From contig JAXLNO010000501.1 of assembly GCA_038087875.1 (NCBI GenBank), positions 1 through 38,608 of the forward strand: a stretch of DNA of 38,608 nt, read 5' to 3'. The stretch is from Malacoraja senta. Its lineage: Eukaryota. The position numbers and the translations under genes were made by a program. Of the stretch, positions 23,531 to 35,048 are shown piece by piece (positions within the stretch are counted from its first letter, which is position 1; the number at the start of each line of letters is the position of its first letter). Under the pieces are notes generated by a model. That model was given only the letters and a program-made list of their open reading frames with translations, did not search any database and was not told the origin of the DNA.

Positions 23531-24299
23531 TCAAGTATTTTAAATGTTTTATGCTCTTTATTCAATAGTAATACAATTCAAAAAAATCTATGTTGTAAAA
23601 GTAGAATTTGATTATTAAAGCTGAAAATAAGCAGCAAGTAATTATGCATCTGCTGGATGTATTTTATAGAACGTAGTCTGCGATATGCCTTACCTTCCTG
23701 TTCCTTTCACACACCTTGTATTGTTCCACTTATTGTTACATGGTTAAGGGTTTGAAAAAATGAAAGTGAAATAGCTTCTAGATGTATAATGGTTCAAAAC
23801 AACTTTGCATTCAGCTAACAATCAGCAACTCAGTATTTGCTTACATATTTAATTTTTTTTATTCCGATCTCTTTCTACCATAGATGGATAATATGTTGCC
23901 TGAATAGTATTTTACATGGTGACTGAATAAAAATGAAACATTTCATACAATATTAAAAGGAATGTCTGTGCTCATAATGCGTAGCAGAATAGTGTTTCTA
24001 CTTTTAGATATTACTTCTCATCATCATTCAAATATACTGGAATAGTCAGTAATGCAAATTTGCAACGTATTACCTGAATTATGTTGAAAGAATATTTAGC
24101 ATGCAGATTGAAATTTCTGCAACCACAGTTGTCAGGATAAACTGTTCTCAAACTTGAGCATTGAGTGATAATTATGTTTTTTATTAAAGAGGCATTACAA
24201 ACTTTGAACCATTTGAACCATGGAGAAGAAACATGAAGATAGGATATTCACAGTAAGCTTGAGAGGAGAGAGAAAATAAGTCTAGAGGTAGATACAGGG

Positions 24300-24420
24300 A
24301 CGTGCAGAATCTGGATGACACAAAAAGACATTAAAGTTCTGGAGAAACTCAATGGGTCCAGTCAGCATCCATGGATAAAATTGATAGGTGATGCCTTTGG
24401 TCAGGACCCTGCTTCAGACC
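24300..24420 (-). mobile_element. Degenerate Penelope-type terminal segment
   Basis: Minus strand TCTGAAGCAGGGTCCTGACC...GATGCTGACTGGACCCATTGAGTTTCTCCAG. Confidence 0.5.
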
Positions 24421-26349
24421 TAGCAAATAAGCCTATATGGCTTCAGTTTTGGCAAACCTAATAACCACACTGAATGTCAATGAGGCAGCAGATAGACCAA
24501 AATTTCACTTCGGAGTCACGTGAGTGACTACGTGAAGAAGCCCGCCAGCCCACATGCTCGTCATTACGTCTACCGCATGGCGCAATGCTGACTGGCAGGT
24601 GCGCTGCTCCTGCCAGCGGTAAGTTTAAACCTGCAGGTACGTTTTTTAAACTTTCCAGGTTATGTTTTTCTCTGCAGGAATCTCTTTTACAGAGTTCCTG
24701 CTGGATTTCGGGGCAAAGTCGGGACGGGCCGCAGGGAAACCTTTATGGACCGCGTCCCAGTCACGGACTGTGGGGAATCATGGTCACGACCTTGGGGGTT
24801 CCCGGCCACGGACCGCAGGGAACCGGCTACGGAGACCGCGGAAGTGCGGGTAGCGGCGGTGGTCAAATTAGCCTTCCGAGTCACTGGCGGTGGAGCCAGC
24901 GGCTTCAGACTGGTGCCGGCAGCACCTTGGCAAACCTGCTTGGAGGGTAGCCACAGAGAAAGTCTGTACGGCCCGTTGATTCAAACGAGTCGGGCCAGGA
25001 GGATTCCTGATGGAGAGGATCACCTCCTTCAATGCGTAGCATTCTTCGGCCGTCTAACCCACATGGAGCACCTGATGGAGAGGTGCTCCACAATGGTATG
25101 CTCCAAGGAGGGAGTTATATCACCACGGGTCTCTGCGGGGCCCACGGCAACAGCACCTGGGTACAGGGCTGCACACTGTCTCCCTCTCTGAGGAGGGGAG
25201 CAGTCGGGGTCAGTTCTGTCTGACTCGGAGTTTGGAGGTATTGCCGGGAGCATACCACAAGGCATGAAGGATATGGTCCGTGGAGGGGCCATATCAGCGC
25301 AGGTCTTCTCGGGGCCTGCAGCAACAGCACCTGTGTACAGGGCTGCACATTGTCTCCCTCTCTGAGCAAGGGAGCAGTCGGGGTCGGTGTGTAACTGACT
25401 CCAAACTCGGTGTATGTCCATGGCACATACTGGAGTTCCTGAAAGTGCCGGCAGTGAACAGCGCTATCAGGGGTGACGTTGGAGGGGCATGGACCCCAGT
25501 AAACCAGCCGCCGAATCTTCTCCTCAGATAAACCTATTTAACAGGTGAGACCTGCATGAGGGAGCTAAAGCTGTCGAATTACGAGTACAGCTTCATCGTT
25601 TCGGCAACAATACACCCCACGCCTCCATCGGCAGTAAGCGGTTCACTGAAGCTGATGGCAGCCAGCAAGCTGGGCAGAGGTCTTTTAGGCCAAGGTCCAA
25701 GCTGGTCTCAGGAAAAATATGGAATCCACGTACCCTGCCAGTCCTACTCTCCAATCAAGGACGGAAATAGAACCCGCATCAGGGGCCTTTGGGCTTACCA
25801 TAAGACCACCGGTAACCATGAAGGTAGGTGGGTCTGGTTCTTTCCGAAACATGGGGTATGTGGACCATTTACAAGTTGGTAATACTTATTTTTGACAAAG
25901 TGAACATAGCAAAACCAGTGCTTGGGCTGCTTAGAGCTCAAAAACACTTGTTATGGCCCAACTACATGATCCTAAAACACTGTATTTTGCTAAAATTAAC
26001 TGTTTAGGCATCCATCCAGTTAAATTTATGTTGATACCAACTAGAGTTATGGATTATTGTGATTTACCTTTAACTCTATTAATTTGTTGTCACTCCGCCC
26101 TGCGGCAAGAGATTGGAATTAATTAAATCCTGTAACAACCTTGTTGTTATGAAGCAGCCTCTATTCATCAAGAGTAATTGGCAATTAGCGGCTGTGTTTT
26201 TCAGCTGTGCATTTGGGCTTTGCATGAGTTACCTATTTTCAGTTATATGGTATCAACTACCTATAAGGCACTAGGTGTATCATCACGTAAAAATCCATGA
26301 CAACACAGAATGGATGTCGTATCACAAAATATTTAATGACATTGTGCTT

Positions 26350-26580
26350 CGATGGAACACCGAATATCAATATGTTTTGTATCCAGGCTCTATCACCATT
26401 GCAAAAATACGAGGCACACTGGCAATAGATGTATACTCGCCACACTGAGGAGGAATGCTCTTTATGTCTTTCCTCCATTTTGCCTCATCAGTCCTGTCTT
26501 GCACAAAATCCAGCAAGATCTCGCCTCAGGCATTTCGTACTGCCTGACTGGCCTATGCAGCCATGGTTCCCGCTAAAATG
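26350..26580 (+). pseudogene. DIRS methyltransferase-like (MT) domain remnant
   Basis: GTPNINMF/VSRL (DLFASR-like), YVFPPFCLISPVLHKI and PDWPMQPWFP, read across frameshifts. Confidence 0.8.
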
Positions 26581-26829
26581 TTGGGAATGATCATAGGATC
26601 TTATATGGTTATCCTAAACACAAAAATTTGGTGGTTCACCCCGTGACTCGGAAAACCATCCTCTGCATGATAAAATCAATTTATAGCTTTGCAGACTCTG
26701 CGAAGACCGTTCGGCGGCTCGGGTTGCCAGACCGATCTATGTACGTGCTCACTGCCGAGTGCAGGGATAGCACCGAGAAAGCAGCACATTTTTCCTCATC
26801 AGGAGATGGGAAGTGTTTTGTTTCAATGC

Positions 26830-27660
26830 CAATGTTACATGTAATACGGCACGGATAACTAACGTCTCGGAGTTCATTTTCAGATTGGTCTTTGACAATT
26901 GATTAAGTTATAGTACCATTACTGTGCCAACGTGCTTCCTCATCATAGTTGCTTCAGCGATCGGGACCCACTCTGTCGGGTCTTATCCTCTGATATTCAG
27001 ATTTATAAAGGATATCTTTAACGCAAATTCTCCCAGGCCCAGGTACTCGGAGATATGGGATGTTAGCATTGTCCTTAAACTGCTTCACCAGTAGGGCCCA
27101 GCTACATCTATCCCTGGTCAACTCACATACAAAGTGGTTATGCTCATGGCGTTAGTCTCAGTGCAACTGGTCCAGCCACTACTTAAATTGTGACTGGACA
27201 GGATGGTTACATCTGCTATTAATATATATTTTATGTTTATGATGTAGTTAAGCGGAGCAGACCAGGGGCGTCAGGTCCCAAACAATTTCTCATGACATAC
27301 CCCATGGACCTTTGGTTGTGTGTGGTCACACATTTACAACAATACGTCAAGGTCACCTAGAGCTTTAGAGGCTCTGCACTAGCAATTATGGTTAGTTACT
27401 AAAAAACCTCATAAAAGATATCAATCCTGACCATCTCCAGGTGGTCAAAACGGGTTTTATCTCATGCAGGAATAGATACTATTTTTTTCAAATCTCACTC
27501 CACTAGGGCTGCTACAACATCAGCAGCAGGGTTATGTAAGTTCCACTGGACCACATCCTAGTGGCTGTAGGATGGTCAAATGAACGAACTTTCCAACTTT
27601 TTATAATACCCATTGCCAGACCAGGGGTATTTGCCAAATTCCATTTATGTTCTGTTTCAT
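26830..27660 (+). pseudogene. DIRS tyrosine recombinase remnant
   Basis: PLIFRFIKDIFN..PRPRYSEIWDVSIVL, TISRW, KSHSTRAA (HSTR at 27496-27507) and GWSNERTFQLFY (Tyr codon 27602-27604); several stops and frameshifts. Confidence 0.88.
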
Positions 27661-28744
27661 AGTTTGCCCCCAGGATGGGAAGGGTCACTATTAATTTCCT
27701 TTGATGATTAAGCATCAGCATTTTTAACAAACTATGTCATGTCTGAATGCATTAATCTTTTTCACTCATCCATGGTCAATTGATGCAGTGTGTGATGCCT
27801 GGACTCGTATCCGGCATGAAATGACAGAGCTTCAAAGTCTTCACGTAGTCACTCACGTGACTCCGAAGTGAAATAGTAAGATTAAATGAGAACTTACCAG
27901 TTTGAAGTTTGATCTTTATTTTATGAGGAGTTACGATGAGGGATTACGTGCCCTCCCCTTCCAACCCTCTCTCATAAAGGTCAGCTGGTAGTTCTAGTTT
28001 CTCGAATCATACTATATTCAGTTCAACAACTGTTATCTGTGATTTCACACTGCTGCTTTGAAGATTGACACGCATGCGGGCTGGTGGGCTTCTTCACGTA
28101 ATCCCTCATCGTAACTCCTCATAAAATAAAGATCAAACTTCAAACTGGTAAGTTCTCATTTAATCTTACTATTGTATTGCTTCTGCCAACTAACATCATA
28201 TCCAAATGCAGCCTGCTGTGATTTTCAAGTCAATTCAAGCAGTTAATGCTCCTTCCAGGCAAATGAGAGTCTTGTTAAGATGTAAAACTGCGAGTCATGA
28301 TGTAGTTAGGATCCTTATATTAATTAGAAGTTTTTAGCACAGTATGTACCCAGGGGAAATTTTGATTTATCCACAGGGCAGTAAACAGCCTGAGACAATG
28401 AGCTAGAATTCTACCACATATAATGTTTATGTTCTCTCCATGATATGATGTTCTCAGAAAACTAATGGCTGAAAAGGATCAGCTACGTTATATGTTTATC
28501 TCAAAGGACACCTATTTGCTTCCAAATCTTCAGTATTTATAGCATGCTTATGCATAGATGTGCCTAGCTAAATGCAGCAATGATCAACATCAAACACTTT
28601 TGTGTTCTTCCAGTCTCATTTGATGGCACATTAATTAGAAATGACACGTCCTCCGTGAAACCATAGGCTTTTGCAATAGGTGTGTGACCTCTTATGGATC
28701 TTGAAAAGAGTCCTGCCTTGCAAGGACATATGAGAGGTCCTTTA

Positions 28745-29730
28745 AAGAATCTGTTAACAGTGCAGAAGAAACTGTTCTTGAATTTGGTGGTAATTGTTTT
28801 CATGCTTTTGTATCGGCTCCCTAATGGGAGAGGGGAGAAGAGAGAACAACGGGGAGGAAGCTGGTTTGTGTGATGGATAGGCTTGTGTTCACAACTCTCT
28901 GCAATTTCTTGCAGTCTTGGGGCAAACCAAATTGTAATGATCCAGATATGATATTTTCTATGGTGCATCTGTAGAAATTGGTGAGCGACATTGGAGACAC
29001 ATCAAATTTCCTCGGTTGAAATATAAATGTTGGTGAGCTTTCTTGGCCATAGGCTCATTATGGTTGGACTGGGAGAAATCTGTGGTGATATTTACACCTA
29101 AGAACTTGAAGGTCTCAATCAACTGCACTTCAAAACCATTGATACAGTCTCGGGTGAGTACTCCAACCTTCACCTGAAGCCAACGTGCAGCTCCTTCCTT
29201 TTGCTGACATTGAGGAAGAGGTTGTTCTCTTGACACCATGGTATTAAGCTCTATCTCCTGTACTCTGACTCATTGTTGTTCGTAATGCAACCCTAAATGG
29301 TGTTGCCACAGCAGTCTTGTAAATGGAATTAGAACAGAATTTGGCTGCACAGGTGTGAGTGTATTGACAGTATAGTTGGGGGCTGAGAACGCTTTATTAC
29401 AGGTAAGCAGTATCAGAATTATTATGGAGTATGTTTTCTCACCTTTCCTCACTAATTGTTGTTTATAGATCAGGAAGTTAAGGATTCAGTTGAAGAAAGG
29501 GGTGCTGTATCCTAGGTGCAGGAGCTTGGAGATGGGATTATGGTGTTGAAGGAGTAATTGTAGTCAATAAATAGGAGTGTGCCATAGGTGTCATTATTAT
29601 CTAAATTAACGTAGTGCCTTGGAATTGGCATCTGCCATGGCCCTGTTAGGTGAATTGCAATGTCTCAATGGTTTCTGGGAGGCTGGAGTTGATGTGTACC
29701 ATGACCAGCCTCTTGAAGCGCTTCATGATG
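28745..29730 (-). mobile_element. Degenerate Rex1/Babar-like LINE RT fragment
   Basis: ETFKFLGVNITTDFS...AKKAHQHLYF and SLFSPLPLGSRYKSMKTITTKFKNSFF. Confidence 0.8.
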
Positions 29731-29859
29731 GAGAGATTACATGCAGACAGAAATTATTAGCTTAATTTCATATCATGTTTGGTCCAGATATTGTGGGCTG
29801 AAGTGCCTATTCCTGTGCTGTAGTATTTTCCATAATTGGTGGTGTCAGCGCAAACAGAT

Positions 29860-30887
29860 TAGCAATGTTACAAAATTTTGAGATTTAAAAAATCAAGTCT
29901 GCAATTTATCCCATCAGATAAAGCATAAAAAGAAGATTAATTTGACACCTAATTCACTTTCATATCTTCAGTATTAAAAAAGTTTTAGCCATTTTCATAC
30001 TCGGAAATTAGCATCTTGTTCCCTATTGCTTTTCCACTGACAACACAAAAGCTGTGATCGAGGACAGTCAAAAGCCCATAACTTTCTTAAAAATTAAGAG
30101 AACTGAAAGAAATGTTCAGTTATTATAGATTGAAGCATTCTGAAACAAATATGAAACAATCTTACTTGGATGACCTGAAATTAAAGCATATAATTAGTTA
30201 GTTACCTAATTGTAGTTAATTACAAAATTCAATTACTAGATCTAAACATCTATCCATTTCTTAAGAAAAGATTAACATTTTTAAATAGCCTAAGTGTCCA
30301 AATAACATTCACACAATAATTCACAATATAACATGATTTTTAAATCTCATTGTCATGAATTTATAGGCCAAATGGAAGGAATTTAATGTTTAATTCCCGT
30401 AAATTAATGGCCATTTTAATCAACTTGCGAGTGGGTTTTTGTGGAATGTGATCGATTGGAACGTTGCAGTTTGCGGTGAATTTGAACCCCATATCGGCAG
30501 TAAAAACACTGCCGGTTCGTATATTTACATAATCACATTTTCGCCAATGAAATCCTAAGAATCAAGTTTATATGTAAAATATACAACCTACCTTATGTTT
30601 TGTCCCCTACGTGAGATCCGTCCCATTGTTGGCGTTGACGGCGTTAGAAGTCACTTTTTTATTTTACTCCACTATTAAATTGTCCCGCAAATTTTTTTTT
30701 AAACTTCCGAGAATGCAAGTCGGAACAATTTTTCAGCATCAGCTAGCAGCCCAAGAAAATATATCTCGCGGACAGGCAGGCGAAAACGGCATTTTAATCC
30801 CGCCCCCCCCTCAAAGGCGCCAAAGTCGTGCACACGGCCAGTGGCAGAACTGCAGCGCCGCTGAAGGTAAGTATTGTAACATACCTA
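29860..30887. mobile_element. Non-autonomous TIR DNA transposon, superfamily unassigned
   Basis: Left end TAGCAATGTTACAAAA vs reverse complement of the right end TAGGTATGTTACAATA (13/16). Flanking direct repeat AACAGAT at 29853-29859 and 30888-30894. No transposase ORF. Confidence 0.8.
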
Positions 30888-32389
30888 AACAGATAGCAGT
30901 CATGCTACCTTGTTTTTCTTTGGCACCAAGATGATAATAATCTTCTTAAAGTGGGTGGCTGCCTTAGATTAGAATAGGAAGCTCCTTGATTTCTTTATCT
31001 TTGGTTCTCTCTCCCCACAAACATGAGGCTTTTACTACTCTGGGCATTATTATTTCTGTGGTATAAAAGCAGGCAATGTTGAAAATAATCAGCAGGTAAG
31101 GCAATATCAATGGGCAAAAAAACACAATCAATTTTTCTGGTCAAAACATTTCTGCGCTTTCTTTATTTTTATTTCAAATTTCAGATTTCTACTTTACTAA
31201 AATCCATTCATAACACTGAAAGAGACACTTTTGTGTAATGAATGAATTTTACCAAAATCATAATTACATTTTGTGCATATACTAATTTATCAATATATAA
31301 GAAAATCACATTTTAATAAGGAGATTTAATTTAACCAAACATCCATCATACATGTATTAAGATTTAATCAGCTTTCCTATCTAATTTCTAATTGATATTC
31401 GTCACTCTAGAACTCACTAGGAAAAAAATGATGCCATTTCTGAATTAAAGAACTTACTGCTGTGAATAATTAAGAGGGAAATTGGAAAATAGACGCATGG
31501 TGATGCATCAGATCGACGCATGGTGCATTTGAACAAATCAGGAATTAATAATAGATAGAAATGCATTGCTGAGGTTCAAGGCTTGAACTTCGTGCATGCG
31601 ATTCCATGCAAAATATTTATTTCAATTGATGCAATAGGCCAATCGTGAAATGTTGCACTTTCAACCCTTGAAAATACTGGGATACTACACGAAGGCTTGT
31701 TCTATCTGAAAGATATATTGCTGCATTTCAGTCAACAAGTTGTAAAGCTTCATTTTGTATTAAATCTGCACATTGATTTTGAATGAGGCCTATTCATTTA
31801 TGCTGTTTTCTATTTTAAGTTAATACATCTCTTTACTGCTGAGTTCTCATGCCGTAGCAGATGTCACATGTACATCAAAGCAGGCAAATTAGAATTGCAT
31901 TTCAATTCCTTCCGATGCACGTCATCACATGGCTCACAAATCTCTGAGTACCATAGCAACACCCAGATTTTAGTTATCAGGAGAATATTTCATAATAATA
32001 TCGCTATACTGCAACAATTCCAGCACTCTAAACTCTTTAGGAATGCATTTTACAATATTTTGAAACGTTTTTGTCACATTCAGGATGGACAATAAAAAAC
32101 AAATCTGCTTATAAGGAAGAAATATTTCAAATTGTTGGACTAATGCTACTCGATCTCCTTTTGGCCTTTTGAGTTATGTTCTTCAGGGAGGTTATCCTGC
32201 ACATTTGCCTTCTTTTCCACATCCACACTACAATGAAATCCAAATGCATTACCGGCATAGTTCATCTGTCACATTGACATATCATGATGCCTAATTCTTC
32301 ATCCTGGGGCAGTAGCAAGCTGGTGACGTTATGATAATTGCAGCTCTGCTACTCTGTTTACAGTGTGGGCTAAACAGTTGTAAGTGTGA

Positions 32390-32570
32390 AGATATATTGA
32401 AGCAACATTCCTGGAAACTCTGTGTTGGTTAGGTAATAATTATGAAAGTGAAATAGAGTTAATGTTTCAGATCCAGAACCCTTCATCAGAGCTGAGAGAG
32501 AGAGAAACCTAATATGTTTTACGAGGCAAAGAAGGTGGGGGAGAAATGGATAGGACAAAGCTAATATCTC
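32390..32570 (-). mobile_element. Penelope-type terminal segment with hammerhead core boxes
   Basis: Minus strand CTGATGA-A-GGGTTCTGGATCT-GAAAC at 32464-32489, preceded by a pyrimidine-rich tract. Confidence 0.55.
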
Positions 32571-32689
32571 TAACAGGTGACTTAATGTGGCAGTTAAGTG
32601 GCAATTAAAATCAGATTATTCTACTTTGTCAGTGTGATGTGCTGCTAATAGTAAAGCATCGGGATATTCCAAGTTGGTCTGGCTTCACT

Positions 32690-33110
32690 CACAATGGATG
32701 ATAATATGATCAGGGAGGATTGTGCTGATATTTTGGAGCATTTTTATATCAAGAAAAAGGAGGGGTTTGGTTTTCAAAAAAACATTAAGATGGATCGGAC
32801 CCAGGTCCTGAAGGGATCTCTCCCAGATAATTGCGAGAAGCAAGCAACAATATTTCCTGAGGCCTTAACAGAAATATTTATGTTTCTTTAGCCATAGGTG
32901 AGGTCCCAGTGTTAGGGAGATTGTTGGAAACGATACTTAGCGATAGGATACACAAACATCTTGAAAAGCATTGGCTTCTTTATCAGTAATAGTCAACATA
33001 ACTTTGTTTGGAGGATGTCATATCTAATAAACTTGATTGAGGTTTTAAGGAGGTAACAAAGATCATTGATCAGTACAAATCTCTGGATACTTGGACTTTA
33101 GGAAAATATT
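32690..33110 (+). mobile_element. Highly degenerate CR1 RT fragment
   Basis: PEALTEIF, NLIEV and LDFRK-like remnants. Confidence 0.6.
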
Positions 33111-33394
33111 CTGGAAGGCATCTCAAATGAGTGAGGGAATAGGATTACTTGAGAAATATGAGAAATTCCTTTGTCTTCATTTCACGTTCAGAATGTAATT
33201 CTGATTTTGATTAACTTGACTGCTGATGGAACTGTTATTATAAACTGTTATTATAGAACATATAGAGCACAAGAATAGGCTCTCTGGTCCAGAATGTCAG
33301 TGCCACTGAAGAAAGTTTCATCAGAGGCATGAATATTCTGGTAGAACTATCTTTTAAGCAAAGACAGCCACTCGTCCATTTTACCATTGAGTTA

Positions 33395-33576
33395 CATCTG
33401 TATTCAAGAGCGAGTTGCAGTAGATATAGCTCTTAGGGCTAACGGAATCAAGGGATTTGGGGAGAAAGCAGGAACGGGGTACTGATTTTGTATGATCAGC
33501 CATGATCTTATTGAACAGCGGTGCTGTTTCGAAGGGCCAAATGCCCTACTCCTGCAACTTTTTTCTATGTTTCTAT
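33395..33576 (+). mobile_element. CR1 3' end fragment
   Basis: GGAATCAAGGGATTTGGGGAGAAAGCAGG...TTCTATGTTTCTAT tail. Confidence 0.8.
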
Positions 33577-34194
33577 CCTACTCCAGATGTTGCCTCACCA
33601 GGGCTCTGTACAACTGCAGAAGGACCTCTTTACTCCTATACTCAAATCCTCTCGTTATGAAGACCAACATGCCATTAGATTTCTTCACCGCCTGTTCCAC
33701 CTGCATGTTTACTTTCAGTGACTGGTGTACAAGGACACACAGGTCTCGTTGCACTTCCCTTTTTCCTAATCTGACACCATTGAGATAATAATCTGCCTCC
33801 TTGTTCTTGCCGCCAAAGTGAATAACCTCACATTTATCTACATTATACTGCATATGCCATGCACCTGCCCACTCACTCAACCTGTCCAAGTCACACTGCA
33901 ACATCCTAGCATCCTCTTCGCAGTTCACACTGCCACCCAGCTTTGTGTCATCTGTAAATTTGCTGGTGTTACTTTAAATCCCATCAACTAAATCATTAAT
34001 ATATATTGTAAATAGTTGCGGCCCCAGCACTGAGCCTTGCAGCACTCCACTCGCCACTGCCTGCCATTCCGACAGGGTCACGTTTAATCCTACTCTTTGT
34101 TCCCTGTCAGCCTACCAATACGCTATCCATGTCAATACCCTATCCCCAATACCATGTGCTCTAATTTTGCCCACTAATCTCCTGTGTGGCTTTC

Positions 34195-35048
34195 TGAGTG
34201 GGCAAATGTTTGGCAGATGCAGTATAATGTGGATAAATGTGAGGTTATCCACTTTGGTGGCAAAAACGGGAAGGCAGACTATTATCTAAATGGTGGCCGA
34301 TTAGGAAATGGTGAGATGCAGCGAGACCTGGGTGTCATGGTACACCAGTCATTGAAAGTAGGCATGCAGGTGCAGCAGGCAGTGAAGAAAGCGAATGGTA
34401 TGTTGGCTTTCATAGCAAGAGGATTTGAGTATAGGAGCAGGGAGGTTCTACTGCAGTTGTACAGGGTCTTGGTGAGACCACACCTGGAGTATTGCGTACA
34501 GTTTTGGTCTCCAAATCTGAGGAAGGACATTATAGCCATAGAGGGAGTGCAGAGAATGTTCACCAGACTGATTCCTGGGATGTCAGGACTTTCATATGAA
34601 GAAAGACTGGATAGACTTGGCTTATACTCGCTAGAATTTAGGAGATTGAGAGGGGATCTTATAGAAACGTACAAAATTCTTATGGGGTTGGACAGGCTAG
34701 ATGCAGGAAGATTGTTCCCGATGTTGGGGAAGTCCAGGACAAGGGGTCACAGCTTAAGGATAAGGGGGGAAATCCTTTAAGACCGAGATGAGAAAAACTT
34801 TTTCACACAGAGTGGTGAATCTCTGGAACTCTCTGCCACAGAGGGTAGTTGAGGCCAGTTCATTGGCTATATTTAAGAGGGAGTTAGATGTGGCCCTTGT
34901 GGCTAAGGGGATCAGGGGGTATGGAGAGAAGGCAGGTACGGGATACTGAGTTGGATGATCAGCCATGATCATATTGAATGGCGGTGCAGGCTCGAAGGGC
35001 CGAATGACCTACTCCAGCACCTATTATCTATGTATCTATGTATCTATG
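34195..35048 (+). mobile_element. Young CR1 LINE no.3 (3' 0.85 kb)
   Basis: Translation nearly identical to copies 1 and 2; (CTATGTAT)n tail; TGA shared at both junctions. Confidence 0.93.

Larger units (their letters stand above)
24502..28173 (+). mobile_element. DIRS1-type tyrosine-recombinase retrotransposon, internally deleted, both ends intact
   Basis: ITRs at 24529-24557 and 28072-28100 (27/29 match). The ICR at 27838-27950 is the reverse complement of the left end (24502-24538) joined to that of the right end (28095-28173). ATT at both termini; degenerate RT tail, MT and YR motifs inside. Confidence 0.93.

Noticed and set aside
26350..27660. Bacterial or phage methyltransferase plus integrase (horizontal transfer or contamination)
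   Set aside because: Both are standard domains of DIRS1 retroelements and lie within DIRS termini.
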